In this document: one piece after another, positions 9,698-10,798 of the stretch
How positions within the stretch are numbered: the first letter of the stretch is position 1
How the letters are laid out: every line of letters begins with the position of its first letter
Assembly (NCBI GenBank): GCA_043228905.1
Contig: JBHGNT010001227.1
Span: forward strand, 1 to 10,798
Direction of reading: 5' to 3'
From: Azolla caroliniana
Taxonomy: Eukaryota > Plantae > Polypodiophyta
Length of the DNA stretch: 10,798 nucleotides
Made by a program: the position numbers and the translations under genes
Notes under the pieces: generated by a model
What the model was told of the DNA's origin: nothing
The model's input: the letters and a program-made list of their open reading frames with translations, nothing else
The model's database searches: none

Positions 9698-10231
9698 AAA
9701 TCCTGTCCAGCCCAATCTAATTTTTTTCTTTTTACTTCTAGTGATTTGGTTTTCATGGTATATTTTTACGGTCTTTCCTGGCCGGCGTTAATTACAAAAA
9801 AAAGTACAATTAAACGACTTTTTTTATTCTAATTAAAATCGAAACGAATTCAAATTGGTCCGGCGGCGGCAAAAGCGAGCGCCAAAGGAGGAAATAAATC
9901 AATTTTAATAAAAACAAACGTGTCGTTTGCCTAATTAGCCGGCCTGAGTTATTTACGATTCGGTTAATATTAACGCTTTATTGATAAACGAAGAAAAGAC
10001 GGGGCCTAACCTATAAGAATTAATGTTTATTACGCGATAAGGTTTCAGGAAATGATACGTTTCAGGAATTTTTGTTAGAGCGAGAAAGTTTCGCTCCACA
10101 TCTGGTGAGGTTTGATCGGTCGACCGCTCCCTTTGCGGTACTCGTAATGAATTATTTTTTGTTTGTTTCACACAGGTTGGCAAAAACTCTCATAAATTAT
10201 ATTAATCGAATATGAATCGATATCGTGAATA

Positions 10232-10798
10232 CTCAAGTGAAGAAAAATTGAGAAAGATATAGGAAATGAATACCTCAATCGTCAAGTGAAGAAGAAAGTC
10301 AGGTACAAATCGCAATGTCATCTTCAGATGAAGAAAAAAGTGAGGTACACTAATATGGTAATTTTCAAGTAAAGAAAAAGTGAGGTACAAATAGGAAATG
10401 ACATCGTCAATTGAAAAAGAAAGTAAGGTTCATTGGGATCTTAAATCCTCAAGTAAAGAAGAAAGTGAGGTGCAAATAGGAAATGTCATCTTAGATGGAG
10501 AAGAAAGTGAGGTACAAATCAAAAATGCCATCTTCAGATGAAGAAGAACGTAAGATACACTGATATGTTTCAATTCTCAAGTAAAGAAGAAAGTGAGGTA
10601 CAAATAGAAAATGTCACTTTTCAGAAGAAGAAGAAAGTGAGGTACAAATAGAAAATGCCATCCTCGGGTGAAGAAGAAAGTGAGGTACAAATCAAAAATG
10701 CTATCTTTAGATGAAGAAGAACGTGAGGTACATTAATATGTTCAAATCTCAAGTAAAGAAGAAAGTGAGGTACAAATAGACAATGTCATCCTCGGGTG
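10232..10798. repeat. ~43-bp purine-rich diverged tandem repeat, ~13 copies, running off the right edge
   Basis: The core gaagaagaaagtgaggtaca recurs with the aggtac-like anchor at 10301, 10343, 10383, 10426, 10468, 10510, 10553, 10596, 10640, 10683, 10726 and 10768 (periods 40-44). There are two subtypes: caaatagaaaatgtcatc and cactaatatg..aattctcaagt. Confidence 0.93.

Noticed and set aside
8711-9756. 279-aa hydrophobic 'membrane protein' ORF at 8727-9566 and overlapping ORFs
   Set aside because: The same repeat is read in different frames either side of a 68-bp unit, the start is a TTG, and the A-poor T/C-rich strand rarely forms stops.
9953-10390. Minus-strand ORFs at 9953-10183 and 10202-10390
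   Set aside because: They are short with no recognisable motif, and the second is largely antisense of the 43-bp repeat.
1-10798. Autonomous transposon, tRNA/rRNA gene or prokaryotic defence system
   Set aside because: I could see no transposase, RT or Rep-helicase coding sequence, no terminal inverted repeats or LTR pair, no RNA-gene structure and no operon-like gene density.

Overview
This is AT-rich non-coding DNA that looks eukaryotic (probably insect; this is an inference). I see no convincing protein-coding or RNA gene. Five unrelated tandem arrays (units of about 180, 153, 21/42, 68-81 and 43 bp) and one GAA-rich tract alternate with five unique islands of about 0.5-0.6 kb. The islands are CpG-rich and carry motifs resembling CTCF, Exd/Pbx-Hox and DRE sites. 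The most solid unexpected observation is a near-complete SMART/PacBio amplification adapter (1454-1478) written into one 180-bp satellite monomer, which is a sequencing or assembly artefact. All listed ORFs are best explained as by-products of repeats or low complexity; only the stop-free Arg/Ile/Cys heptad frame across the 21-bp array merits a check. I find no support for a new gene system here.
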